DNA of 64,000 nt from Alkalispirochaeta sp. (GTDB lineage Bacteria > Spirochaetota > Spirochaetia > DSM-27196 > Alkalispirochaetaceae). Under the pieces are notes generated by a model. It was not told the origin of the DNA. It ran no database searches and saw only the letters and a list, made by a program, of their open reading frames with translations. Positions 39,099 to 48,678 of this stretch are shown piece after piece (the stretch's first letter is position 1; each line of letters starts with the position of its first letter). A program made the translations under genes and the position numbers. The DNA lies in contig OZ271854.1 in the NCBI GenBank assembly GCA_965601925.1, positions 3,488,001-3,552,000 on the forward strand, in the 5' to 3' direction.

Positions 39099-40034
39099 AT
39101 GCGTAACACGCTCCAGCTATCGACATCGCCCCGGCAGACCGGCGCCAAAATCGCGTTTCTCAGGGACAAACGCTTTTATATGTATTTCTGGTTGGTGGTG
39201 CCGGTACTCGTAATCTATATCACGTTTTTCGTCGTGCCGGTCGTCTTGACGGTGATGTTCAGCTTTACCAACTTCAACGGCCTCAACCTTAACGCCTTTC
39301 GGTACGTGGGGTTGCGCAACTATCGCGCCATGTTTCAGGATCCGGCGCTGCGTGCCAGTGCGTGGCATACCGTTTCGTTCGCCGTCGGTGTCGTGGTGTT
39401 ACAAAACGGGATCGCGGTGCTCGTCGCCGTGGCGCTCAATGCGGCGCTCAAGACGAGAAACGTCCTGCGCTCCCTCATTTTTATGCCGTGTATGTTCTCG
39501 CCCATCATCGTCGGATACCTCTGGTCGTACATCTATGCGCGCGACGGACTCCTTAACTACCTCCTGTCGGTTCTCAGAATCGGCTCCCTCGGTCGCTCGT
39601 GGTTAGGTGACCCTCGCTTCGCCCTTACCGCGGTCGTTATCGCCCACGTCTGGATTTGGATCGGCTACTCGGCGGCTATTTTTCTGGCAAATCTCCAAAG
39701 TATCCCGCAGGAAGTCACCGAGAGCACGGTACTGGAGGGGGTTACGCCGCTTCAACGTTTCGTCCACGTCACGTTTCCCTTACTGGCGCCGGCGACGACG
39801 GTGAACGTCTCTCTCGCCTTTTCCGGGAGTTTGCAGGTCTTCGATATCGTCTGGGCGATGACCGGCGGCGGACCCGGCTACGCTACCGAGACGATCGGCA
39901 CCTATATGGTAAAACAGATGAATAACAACCTCTTCGGTTACGCAGCATCCAATTCGGTGTTGCTTCTGATCTTTATTCTCACGGCTACGTTTTTCATCTA
40001 CCGCTATCTCAAGAGCAGGGAGGTCGAGGTATGA
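39099..40034 (+). CDS. Carbohydrate ABC permease (MalF-like)
   Basis: VGL.NY, GLLN, WLGDP, LQSIP.E..E....G......F..VTFPLL, MTGGGPG. Confidence 0.92.
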   Translation: MRNTLQLSTSPRQTGAKIAFLRDKRFYMYFWLVVPVLVIYITFFVVPVVLTVMFSFTNFNGLNLNAFRYVGLRNYRAMFQDPALRASAWHTVSFAVGVVVLQNGIAVLVAVALNAALKTRNVLRSLIFMPCMFSPIIVGYLWSYIYARDGLLNYLLSVLRIGSLGRSWLGDPRFALTAVVIAHVWIWIGYSAAIFLANLQSIPQEVTESTVLEGVTPLQRFVHVTFPLLAPATTVNVSLAFSGSLQVFDIVWAMTGGGPGYATETIGTYMVKQMNNNLFGYAASNSVLLLIFILTATFFIYRYLKSREVEV

Positions 40035-40888
40035 GGCGACGGCCAACCGACGGCGTAGCCGTTGCAACGCGCCGGCCGATCGGACTGGAGATCGTTATGA
40101 TTCTCTTTACCGCGGCGATGATGGTGCCGGTAGCCCTCATGCTTTTGATATCGGTGAAGACCAACGCGGAGGCGGTTGCGACGCCCTTCGGGATTCCCAC
40201 CACGGTACACTGGCAGAACTACGTCGAAGCGTTTCGGAGCATGCGCTACCTCCAGACGCTGTGGAATACGCTCTTCATCACGACGATTTCCGTCGCCCTA
40301 GGTGTCGTACTCTACAGCATGGCGGCCTACGCGCTGGTACGGGCACGGCGCGGCCGCGTCGTCTTCGTCTTCTGTTTTTCTCTACTGGCGATCAGTCTTG
40401 CGATGCCGCCGCAAATGACGATTGTTCCTCTCACGCTCCTGTTACGGAGTCTCGGCCTCCACGGTATGCGCATCGGCGTGGCGTTGGTGTTCGTGGCGGT
40501 CAACGCCGGTTTCGGCGTCTTTGTGCTCCACTCGTTCGTCAACACCGTGCCCGCAGCGATCGAGGAGTCGGCATTGATCGACGGATACGGCCCCTTCGCC
40601 ATCTTTTGGAAAATCATGTTACCCCTCATGCGCGCCCCGTTGGTGACCCTCATCGTTCTGGTTACCGTGCGGGTCTGGAATAACTTCATCTATCCGTTGA
40701 TTCTCCTCCAGGGGCCGGAGTCGCGGACCCTCCCGGTGGCGGTCTTCTACTTTCGCGGGAGCACGATCGTCCGCTGGAACCTCCTATTTGCCGGATTGGT
40801 GTTGGCGGTCGTCCCGGTGGTGCTCTTTTACCTACGTATGCAACGGCTGATCATTTCCGGCATGACCCACGGCGCGCTCAAAGGATAA
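40031..40888 (+). CDS. Carbohydrate ABC permease (MalG-like)
   Basis: W.NY.EA, AAYAL, VP..IEESA.IDG, WNNF..PL, TLPV, G...GALKG. Confidence 0.92.
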   Translation: MRRRPTDGVAVATRRPIGLEIVMILFTAAMMVPVALMLLISVKTNAEAVATPFGIPTTVHWQNYVEAFRSMRYLQTLWNTLFITTISVALGVVLYSMAAYALVRARRGRVVFVFCFSLLAISLAMPPQMTIVPLTLLLRSLGLHGMRIGVALVFVAVNAGFGVFVLHSFVNTVPAAIEESALIDGYGPFAIFWKIMLPLMRAPLVTLIVLVTVRVWNNFIYPLILLQGPESRTLPVAVFYFRGSTIVRWNLLFAGLVLAVVPVVLFYLRMQRLIISGMTHGALKG

Positions 40889-40891
40889 GCA

Positions 40892-42919
40892 ATGAAAGAC
40901 AAAGCAACCCCTACGATTACCGACCTTTACGTCGCCGCCATAACGCATCTCGATGTCGGTTTTACCGACGCGGCGAGCTCGGTGAAAGAACTCTACCTTC
41001 ACCGGCATATCCCGCAGGCGATCGAACTGGCTGAGCGGCTCTCATCCGATTCCCGAGGCTACCATTGGACGATGGGGTCGTGGCTGGCGAGGTGTTTCTT
41101 AACCGAGATGCCGGCCGCGGACCGCCGTCGATTTGAACGCGCCGTGACCGAGGGGTGGGTCAGCTGGCACGCGATGCCGTTCACCCTCTCCACGGAGCTT
41201 GCCGACCGCCCGCTCCTCGAGTACGGCCTTTCGTACTCACGGGAGCTCGACCGGCACTTCGGCTCGACTACCACCGCCGCAAAGGTGACCGATGTGCCGG
41301 GACACACGCGGGGTCTGGTCGCGCCGCTTGCGGACGCGGGCGTGCGATTTCTTCACATCGGGACGAATCCCGGGTGCCGACCGGCGGAGGTCCCGCCGCT
41401 CTTTCGGTGGCGCAATGGCGACGGCGTGGAGATTATCGTCGCCTACAACGCTCTGGAGTACGGCGGCCTAATTACCGTTCCCGGATCATCCGCGGCGCTC
41501 TATATCGCAAGCACCCTCGACAACGTCGGGCCCCACACGCAATCTGCGATCGAGGAGTGTTACACCCAGCTCGCGCATCGATTCCCCGGCGCGACGATCC
41601 GCGCATCGAGTCTCAATCGCTTTGCCGAGGTGGTGCAGCCGATTCGCGACCGACTACCGGTCGTTACCGACGAGATCGGCGACACGTGGATCCACGGCGC
41701 CGGAAGCGATCCCAAGAAGATGTTCTGGTTTAAGGAGTTGTCCCGCCTCAGAGAGCGATGGAGTATCGACGGTACCGCTGCGATGTACCCCGAGATCTAT
41801 CACGAGGTTGGTGACGCCTTGCTCCTCGTCGCCGAGCACACGTGGGGATTGGATATCAAGACGCATCTCAACGACCGCACCCACTGGCGGCGCGACGAGT
41901 TCCTCCCGATGCTTGCCACGACGCTCTTTCGTCGCACGGCTCGGTCGTGGCGGGACGAGCGCTCCTATCTTACCGATCTTGTGGATGAAGATACCTCGTC
42001 GGCTCCTCGTATCGAGGTGGCGGAGCGTCTCCGTCCCCGCCGTATCGACCTCGACGCCATAGACTTCGGGGATCCCGACATCTCCGATGACATCACCCTT
42101 GCGAACGAGTTCCTCGATGTGCGCTTCGACCCGGAAAGCGGTAAAGTAACGCGGCTCACAGACCGCCGTACCGGCGGCGTTCGCGAGCTCTCCTTCGGCG
42201 CGTGCCGCTACGAAGTCTACGGCGACGACGACTATCGCATGTATCTCTCGCACTACGGTGCATACGGTCCCGAGACGGTATCGCGTCTCCCGTGGGTCGG
42301 CGAGGACCTTGCAAAACCCGGCTATCCCTTACAATCGGTTGAGGAGACGACGTTTCCCTTCCGCGTCGACGGAGCGGCTCGCGTCACCGAGTCGGGGGCG
42401 CCGCTTCTCTTTCTACGGCTCTCCTCGACCGCGGAGGGCGACCACACCTACGGATGCCCGACCGAGATCTTCTTGCGCTACCGACTCCGACGAAACACCA
42501 TCGAGTGCGCACTCCATTGGCCGCGGAAGACGGCGAGTCGCATCTGTGAAGCGCTATGGCTCGACTGCGGCGTGGCGATGGAGACGGGCGATGAATGGAG
42601 GTTGCGGAAGAGCGGTGAGTGGGTAGATCCGAGGCGGGTGGCCCGAGGCGGCAACCGATTTCTCCACGCCGCCGATACGATTGATGTGGGGGGCGATCAC
42701 GACCGAGTAATCGTATCGAGTCTGCATGCACCGCTGGTGCGCGTGCAGGAGAGTACGATCCTCCGGGCGCCCAATGATGCGGCGACGGACTCCCGCTCCA
42801 TGAGTATCAACCTGTACAACAATCTCTGGTCGACCAACTATCCCCAGTGGTACGGCGAGGACGCCTACTTCGAGTTCCGCATAGAGTGGCGCTCGACCGC
42901 TGAGAACCGTGGGATATGA
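40892..42919 (+). CDS. DUF5054-like protein with GH38-type N-terminal domain (putative glycoside hydrolase)
   Basis: THLDVGFTD, WHAMPFT..TEL, TDVPGHT, EIGDTWIHG..SDP, EHTWG.D.K, NLYNN.W.TNY.QW. Confidence 0.75.
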   Translation: MKDKATPTITDLYVAAITHLDVGFTDAASSVKELYLHRHIPQAIELAERLSSDSRGYHWTMGSWLARCFLTEMPAADRRRFERAVTEGWVSWHAMPFTLSTELADRPLLEYGLSYSRELDRHFGSTTTAAKVTDVPGHTRGLVAPLADAGVRFLHIGTNPGCRPAEVPPLFRWRNGDGVEIIVAYNALEYGGLITVPGSSAALYIASTLDNVGPHTQSAIEECYTQLAHRFPGATIRASSLNRFAEVVQPIRDRLPVVTDEIGDTWIHGAGSDPKKMFWFKELSRLRERWSIDGTAAMYPEIYHEVGDALLLVAEHTWGLDIKTHLNDRTHWRRDEFLPMLATTLFRRTARSWRDERSYLTDLVDEDTSSAPRIEVAERLRPRRIDLDAIDFGDPDISDDITLANEFLDVRFDPESGKVTRLTDRRTGGVRELSFGACRYEVYGDDDYRMYLSHYGAYGPETVSRLPWVGEDLAKPGYPLQSVEETTFPFRVDGAARVTESGAPLLFLRLSSTAEGDHTYGCPTEIFLRYRLRRNTIECALHWPRKTASRICEALWLDCGVAMETGDEWRLRKSGEWVDPRRVARGGNRFLHAADTIDVGGDHDRVIVSSLHAPLVRVQESTILRAPNDAATDSRSMSINLYNNLWSTNYPQWYGEDAYFEFRIEWRSTAENRGI

Positions 42920-42954
42920 ACGGCGCCTTCCGTAGGTATTCGCTACAAATGAGA

Positions 42955-44058
42955 TCAGGGCTCATAGGACCGGCCGGATGGAAGTATCTGCGCTCCTCGA
43001 TCGAGGTTCTCCCAACCGCTGAACTCTACGCCGGCCTCGAATAGGTCTTCATCGGTCAGTCCCATCAGGGAGCGCATTTCGATCAGGCGAGAATCGAAGC
43101 GCTTCCACGCTACACCAGGGTAGGCCGCAGCCCATTTTTTGGCCGTTCGGCGGCGAAATGCCGCTTTGTCATTGCGTATCACGTGAAAGACAAACTCACG
43201 CGTCTCCTCACCCGCCTCACCGGCGGCGAGGCGTTCGATGAGATCGCCCCGCCGTGCCTTAACCTTGGCGCGGCGAAAGAGAGGAAACGGTCCGAACGAC
43301 ACGGCCGGCCAGTAGTGCGACACGTCCAATAGATCCGGCACCGCCACACTGGGGCGGTGCCGTTCAAAATACTCTTTAGCCTTCTGCAGATTGCGGAGGT
43401 ATTTTGTCCGTATATCTCTGTCGTTGTTCCCAAAAGTCTGTACAAAAATTTTCACTAACAAGGCGGCGAAACGCTCCTCGGGTACAATGATCGGTGAGCG
43501 AATCGGCGTGGCGGTCGCACGCGCCAGATCGAAAAAAGCCTCGAATTGGTTCGTGTTCAGATTGAGTATGTTGTAGTGCGAACTGAGGTGTCTGATCTCA
43601 TACCGCGGCAAATCGGGAGAGCGGTCGGTTTGCAGCTCGGCAAGAGTCGCCGCCAGCGTACGGTACTGCGCTTCCAGTTCCTTATAGACTACGGCGCGAC
43701 TCGTACCGAAATTGAAGTCATCGACGGTATGGAACTGACACTTACCGTTACGGTCATGTATGCAGCGCTCGGGCTCTTGTTCTCGTAGTGCGTCATTGTC
43801 GACTATCGGCCAGCCCGAGGTCAGAGTAAGGTGCAGCCCGATCTCCAAGGCGTACTTCTTACCCGACCGGAGGGCGGAGGCTCGAGCCTCGTCGCCGGTA
43901 TCGATTAACCGTTTGATCGAGTCGCGCCGGTAGGCATCCTCCCCGTTGGCGAAAACGGCCACCGAGTTAATACGGCGGGCACACACGGCCTCGCGGATCC
44001 CTTCGTCAATGTGAGAAATCGCCCCGTAGTCGTCGGCGGTAAAAATTACTTTTTTCAT
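42955..44058 (-). CDS. ChbG/YdjC/HpnK-family carbohydrate deacetylase
   Basis: IFTADDYG, GLHLTLTSG.P, HLSSH, EFVFH. Confidence 0.8.
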   Translation of the reverse strand: MKKVIFTADDYGAISHIDEGIREAVCARRINSVAVFANGEDAYRRDSIKRLIDTGDEARASALRSGKKYALEIGLHLTLTSGWPIVDNDALREQEPERCIHDRNGKCQFHTVDDFNFGTSRAVVYKELEAQYRTLAATLAELQTDRSPDLPRYEIRHLSSHYNILNLNTNQFEAFFDLARATATPIRSPIIVPEERFAALLVKIFVQTFGNNDRDIRTKYLRNLQKAKEYFERHRPSVAVPDLLDVSHYWPAVSFGPFPLFRRAKVKARRGDLIERLAAGEAGEETREFVFHVIRNDKAAFRRRTAKKWAAAYPGVAWKRFDSRLIEMRSLMGLTDEDLFEAGVEFSGWENLDRGAQILPSGRSYEP

Positions 44059-44230
44059 GTTCGATACCTCTGCTCCTGATTATAAAGTTAGAATGACAAT
44101 GTGTGAGTTCTCCATTGGTGTATCGTTTGCATCGGCCTTGACCGTGGGGCTCGTATCGTACAACTCTCATAAAACAAAGCCGACTCATGAGAATCGGTGA
44201 GATTTTTTCCGCGAAAAGGCAGATAAGGCC

Positions 44231-45445
44231 ATGGCACGAATTACTATGAAACGATTGGACTACGCCGCGGCGTTGGGCATGTTCGTATACGCTTCAAGCG
44301 TCGTCGCCACTCCGATTATCCTGCTCCGTATTGCCCAGGAGCTGGGATTCGGGTTGGCGGAAGGGGGCGGTATCGAGGCGGTGCGGGCCGGTTTTCTACT
44401 GGCGATCTTGATTGTAAGCGGCGCCGCCGCCGCGCGTTTCGGAATGACGCGTTCCCTCGGTGCCGGGGGGCTCGTGCTCGCCGCGGGCCTTTTCACCTAC
44501 TCGATCGCTCCCTCGTACGGAGTCGTGTTGGCTGCGATCGTCTTGGTCGGCCTTGGCGGCGGTATCCTGGAGGCTCTCTTGAATCCGTTGATACAACAAG
44601 AGCATCCGAACGACTCGGGGCGATATTTGAATGTCGTCAACGCGTTTTTCTCCATCGGCGTACTCGCATCGGTCCTGATTGTCGGCGATTTGCTTACTCG
44701 AGGCGTATCATGGCGGGTGCTCATCGCCGGGATCGGTGGATTGGCTCTCCTGTCCGGTGTGCTTTTTTTTATCTTCGGTCACGGAACAATACACCACGCC
44801 GCGTCTCACGGTACAACGAACGACGGGGGAAAACACTCCGTCTCCCTCCGTCGACACATACGAGAGATCGTCGGTGACAGGAAGTTTTGGCTCTTCTCGA
44901 TCGCGATGTTCTGCGGCGGAGGCGCGGAGGGCGCTTTTACGTTCTGGAGCGCCAGCTACATCCAATTGAACTTCGGCGGTCTCGCCCGCGCAGGGGCGTT
45001 CGGTACCGCGGTATTTGCCGGCGGCATGGTTGTGGGTCGATTTGCGTCGGGCCACCTCGTCAAACAGGAGCGGCTGCATCTACTCATCATAGCCTCGGCG
45101 GTTCTCGGAGTGGGTGCAAGCCTGGGAGCGTGGGCCGTAGAGACGATGGCGTCGTTCATGGCGGTGATTTTTTTCTCCGGTCTCACGATCGCCTGCTTTT
45201 GGCCGAGTATTCAATCCCATGCAGCCTCCCTGATGGACGTGGATTCGACGATGTTGTTCATCCTGCTCTCATGCGCCGGCATACCGGGATTCGGTCTGGT
45301 TTCGTGGATCATGGGGCTCGTCGCCGAGGCACGCGACCTTCGGGCGAGTCTCCTTGTGATCCCGATTCTGCTCACCGCGTTGGCGGGAACGATGGTCGCG
45401 TCGCGCATCGGCGGGAGAAAGGCTACTCACGTTTCAGGCTGGTGA
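44231..45445 (+). CDS. MFS transporter (FucP/glucose-mannose-like)
   Basis: About 12 TM; G.GGG..E...N, LN.VN.FFSIG, GG.E..F.FW..Y, GM..GRF. Confidence 0.88.
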   Translation: MARITMKRLDYAAALGMFVYASSVVATPIILLRIAQELGFGLAEGGGIEAVRAGFLLAILIVSGAAAARFGMTRSLGAGGLVLAAGLFTYSIAPSYGVVLAAIVLVGLGGGILEALLNPLIQQEHPNDSGRYLNVVNAFFSIGVLASVLIVGDLLTRGVSWRVLIAGIGGLALLSGVLFFIFGHGTIHHAASHGTTNDGGKHSVSLRRHIREIVGDRKFWLFSIAMFCGGGAEGAFTFWSASYIQLNFGGLARAGAFGTAVFAGGMVVGRFASGHLVKQERLHLLIIASAVLGVGASLGAWAVETMASFMAVIFFSGLTIACFWPSIQSHAASLMDVDSTMLFILLSCAGIPGFGLVSWIMGLVAEARDLRASLLVIPILLTALAGTMVASRIGGRKATHVSGW

Positions 45446-45594
45446 GCGCGAGTCGCTCGATGACGCGACGACCATCGGTGAGTGATTATACATTGAGCGC
45501 GCACTACACATGCTCACCATTCCGAAGAGTAACGATAACCGGTCGTATCGATATCGTCGACGGCACGATGGATAGGCCGACGAGCCGAGTGCGA

Positions 45595-48500
45595 TCAATG
45601 GAAATCTCTGCTCGATCGGTGCGCCGTGTGCCCGCTCAAAGTGGGTATCCAGAAGCGTTCAGCAACGAGATGGACGACTGCTCCCTCCTTTTGCACCGCA
45701 CCGGTGATACCTATGATCTCGTTGGTGAGAATAAGTACGCGATACTGTTCGTATATGCGTTTCCAGATCACGAGGTTCACAAAACCGCTCTCGTCCTCCA
45801 AGGTCATGAACACGACGCCGCCGGCGGTGGACGGCATCTGACGACAGATCACCATACCCACGTAGGAGGAGACGTCACCGTGTTCTCTGTCTGCGAGGCG
45901 TCGTGCATCGGGCAGCCCCCGGTCCGATAACTCTCGACGAAACGGCTCCAACGGATGGCCGAAGGTGCTGGCGCTACCCGTCTCATGGTCCCACTCGACG
46001 ACTTCAAAGGTGCTGAGATGGGAAAAGGACGGCGTGCGTTCCTCCTCGTCGATCGCGAGGGCAGCCGCTCGACGCGCGTCGGCGCCCAGAACGGCGAAGA
46101 GTGCATCCCTGCGGCTCACGTCGAAGCAGCGATACGCACCGGCCAAGGCCAATTGCACAAGGGTATCGCGATCGAGTCGCACCAAATCCAAAAAAGCGCG
46201 AAAGTCCTTGCCGCAACGCCTGCGAGAGGTCCGGATCGCTTCCCAGTCGCGCACACCGAGCCCCTTTACGTAGCGAAGTCCGAGGCGGACGGCGAGTCTC
46301 TCCGACCTGTGCGGGTCGCGCTCGAGGGTACAGTCCCAATCGCTGCGTAGCACCGTGATGGGGAGCACGGTGACGCCGTGGCGTTTGGCATCGTCGACGA
46401 TCGTTGCGGGCGCATAAAACCCCATCGGCCACGCATTGAGCAAGGCGCACGCAAAGGCGGCGGGGTAATGGCATTTGAGGTAGGCGGTCGCATAGGCTAT
46501 GAGGGCGAATCCCGCGGCATGACTCTCGGGAAATCCGTAGGAGCCGAATCCCTGAATCTGTTTGTACACTCGCTCGGCAAACTCCCGGGCGATCCCCTTT
46601 TCTACCATGCGTTCGATCAAACGCTTGCGGTGCCGCTCGATTTTACCGGTCGTGCGCCACGCGGCCATGTCGCGGCGCAGTTGGTCGGCCTCGCCGGGAG
46701 TGTAGTCGGCGGCGACCATCGCCACTCTCATCGCCTGTTCCTGAAAGAGCGGCACCCCGAGGGTCTTTTTAAGCACCGGTTCGAGGCTTCCGTGAGGGTA
46801 GATCGTATCTTCCTCACCATTGCGCCGCCTGAGATATGGGTGCACCATGTTACCGGTGATCGGGCCGGGACGTACGATGCTCAGCTCGATGACCAGGTCG
46901 TAGTAATTGCGCGGACGCAGGCGCGGGAGCATCGACATCTGAGCGCGGCTCTCTATCTGGAAAACCCCGATCGTGTCGGCGCGACACATCATATCGAAGG
47001 TTCCCGTGTCATCGGCCGGAATGGTCGCGAGGGACAGGGTGCGGCCGTGGTAGCGCTCAATCAGATCGAAGCAGAGGTGCGCGTGCGTCAGCGCTCCGAG
47101 CCCCAGCACGTCGACCTTGAAAAGCTTGAGCGTCTCGATGTCGTCTTTGTCCCACTGGATGACGGTCCGCCCCGGCATGGTTGCCGGCTCGATCGGTACG
47201 AGCGTGTCGACCGGCTCGTTCCCGAGGAGAAATCCGCCGGGATGAATCGAAAGGTGGCGAGGAAAGCCGATCAACTCCGTCGCGATCTCGAGAAGGAGGC
47301 GTACCCGGTGCGATGAGAGGTCCAGCGACGCGTGAGCCGTCGATTCGTCGATTGCACTGTCCCAGTGAGACAAAAGTTTTGCGCAGCGATCCAAAGCGGT
47401 TTGCGCTACCCCGAGGACCTTGCCCACCTCTCTGACGGCCGACTTGGGCCGATAGCGAATGACATTCGCCACCATGGCGGCACGATCCCGTCCATATCTC
47501 TCGTAGAGGTGCTGAATGACCTCCTCGCGCCGAGCGTGCTCGATGTCGATATCGATGTCCGGCGGCTCGTCGCGTTCCCGGGAGAGAAAACGCTCGAACA
47601 ATAGATCCATCTTCACCGGGTCGATGGCCGTGACCCCGAGACAGTAACAGACCGCCGAGTTTGCCGCCGATCCGCGCCCTTGGCAGAGAATTCCCGCGTC
47701 CTCACAAAAGCGCACGATCGCGTGGACGGTCAGAAAGTAGCCGGCATAACCCAACTCTTCGATAAGGGCGAGCTCTTTGTCGACCTGCTTCGCGACGCGT
47801 ATCGGTACGCGTCCCGCATACCGTGCGTGTGCTCCCTCGAAGGTGAGGTGTCGTAACCATCCCATCGTGGTGTATCCCTCCGGTACCGCCTCCTCCGGGT
47901 AGCGATAGGAGAGGTCGCGTAAGGAAAACCGACAGCGATCGGCGACATCGACGGCAGCGGCTATGAGCCGTGGATCATCGGCAAAGAGTTCCGCCATGGA
48001 GTAGGGAGAGCGGAGGTGGTGTTCGGCGTTCGGGCCCACGTCCGTTCCCGCCTCGTCGAGCGTCGTCGAGCGGCGTATACAGGTGAGCACATCGCAGAGG
48101 CGACTACGCTCCCGCTCGTGATATAACACCTCGGTTGCCGCGACGAGGGGAATGCCGAGGCGTCCGGCGCAGGTCCGTGTTGCGCGTTCGCGTTCGGCGT
48201 CGCGCTCTTCACGGTGACGGGTGACCACCGCGTACAGACGGTCGCCGAAACTCCGTCGAAGCGTCTCCAGGTATACCGCCGATGTAGCATCGCGGTAAAT
48301 CCACAGCGCGATGAGGCCTTTGTTGCGCTTACACAACTCCGAGACGGATATCGTGCACTCACCCTTAGGGGTGACGGCCTGACCGGTCGATACGAGGCGA
48401 CAAAGGTTGGCGTATCCCTCCCGGTTCCGCACCAGGACGACGACCGTGTTGAGTCCGTCATCCAATGAGAGTTCGCTTCCGACAATGAGACGGACCTTGT

Positions 48501-48678
48501 GTTCCTCCGCGGCGACGAGGGCGCGCACGATGCCGTATACGCCGTTCCGATCGGTGATCGCGACGCTCCCGATACCCAAGCGGGCGCACGCTTCGATAAT
48601 CTCCTCCGGATGGCTTGCACCTTCCAGGAATGAGAAGTTGGTCTTGCACCATAGCGGTGCGTAGGCGAGCGGTGTCAA
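45595..48678 (-). CDS. dnaE2: Error-prone DNA polymerase DnaE2 (ImuC)
   Basis: WCKTNFSFLEGAS PHP start, QGRGSAANS, PPDIDID, QIESRAQ, YGFPESHA, C-terminal SRDFH; TTG start overlapping imuB TGA. Confidence 0.95.
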   Translation of the reverse strand: MTPLAYAPLWCKTNFSFLEGASHPEEIIEACARLGIGSVAITDRNGVYGIVRALVAAEEHKVRLIVGSELSLDDGLNTVVVLVRNREGYANLCRLVSTGQAVTPKGECTISVSELCKRNKGLIALWIYRDATSAVYLETLRRSFGDRLYAVVTRHREERDAERERATRTCAGRLGIPLVAATEVLYHERERSRLCDVLTCIRRSTTLDEAGTDVGPNAEHHLRSPYSMAELFADDPRLIAAAVDVADRCRFSLRDLSYRYPEEAVPEGYTTMGWLRHLTFEGAHARYAGRVPIRVAKQVDKELALIEELGYAGYFLTVHAIVRFCEDAGILCQGRGSAANSAVCYCLGVTAIDPVKMDLLFERFLSRERDEPPDIDIDIEHARREEVIQHLYERYGRDRAAMVANVIRYRPKSAVREVGKVLGVAQTALDRCAKLLSHWDSAIDESTAHASLDLSSHRVRLLLEIATELIGFPRHLSIHPGGFLLGNEPVDTLVPIEPATMPGRTVIQWDKDDIETLKLFKVDVLGLGALTHAHLCFDLIERYHGRTLSLATIPADDTGTFDMMCRADTIGVFQIESRAQMSMLPRLRPRNYYDLVIELSIVRPGPITGNMVHPYLRRRNGEEDTIYPHGSLEPVLKKTLGVPLFQEQAMRVAMVAADYTPGEADQLRRDMAAWRTTGKIERHRKRLIERMVEKGIAREFAERVYKQIQGFGSYGFPESHAAGFALIAYATAYLKCHYPAAFACALLNAWPMGFYAPATIVDDAKRHGVTVLPITVLRSDWDCTLERDPHRSERLAVRLGLRYVKGLGVRDWEAIRTSRRRCGKDFRAFLDLVRLDRDTLVQLALAGAYRCFDVSRRDALFAVLGADARRAAALAIDEEERTPSFSHLSTFEVVEWDHETGSASTFGHPLEPFRRELSDRGLPDARRLADREHGDVSSYVGMVICRQMPSTAGGVVFMTLEDESGFVNLVIWKRIYEQYRVLILTNEIIGITGAVQKEGAVVHLVAERFWIPTLSGHTAHRSSRDFH

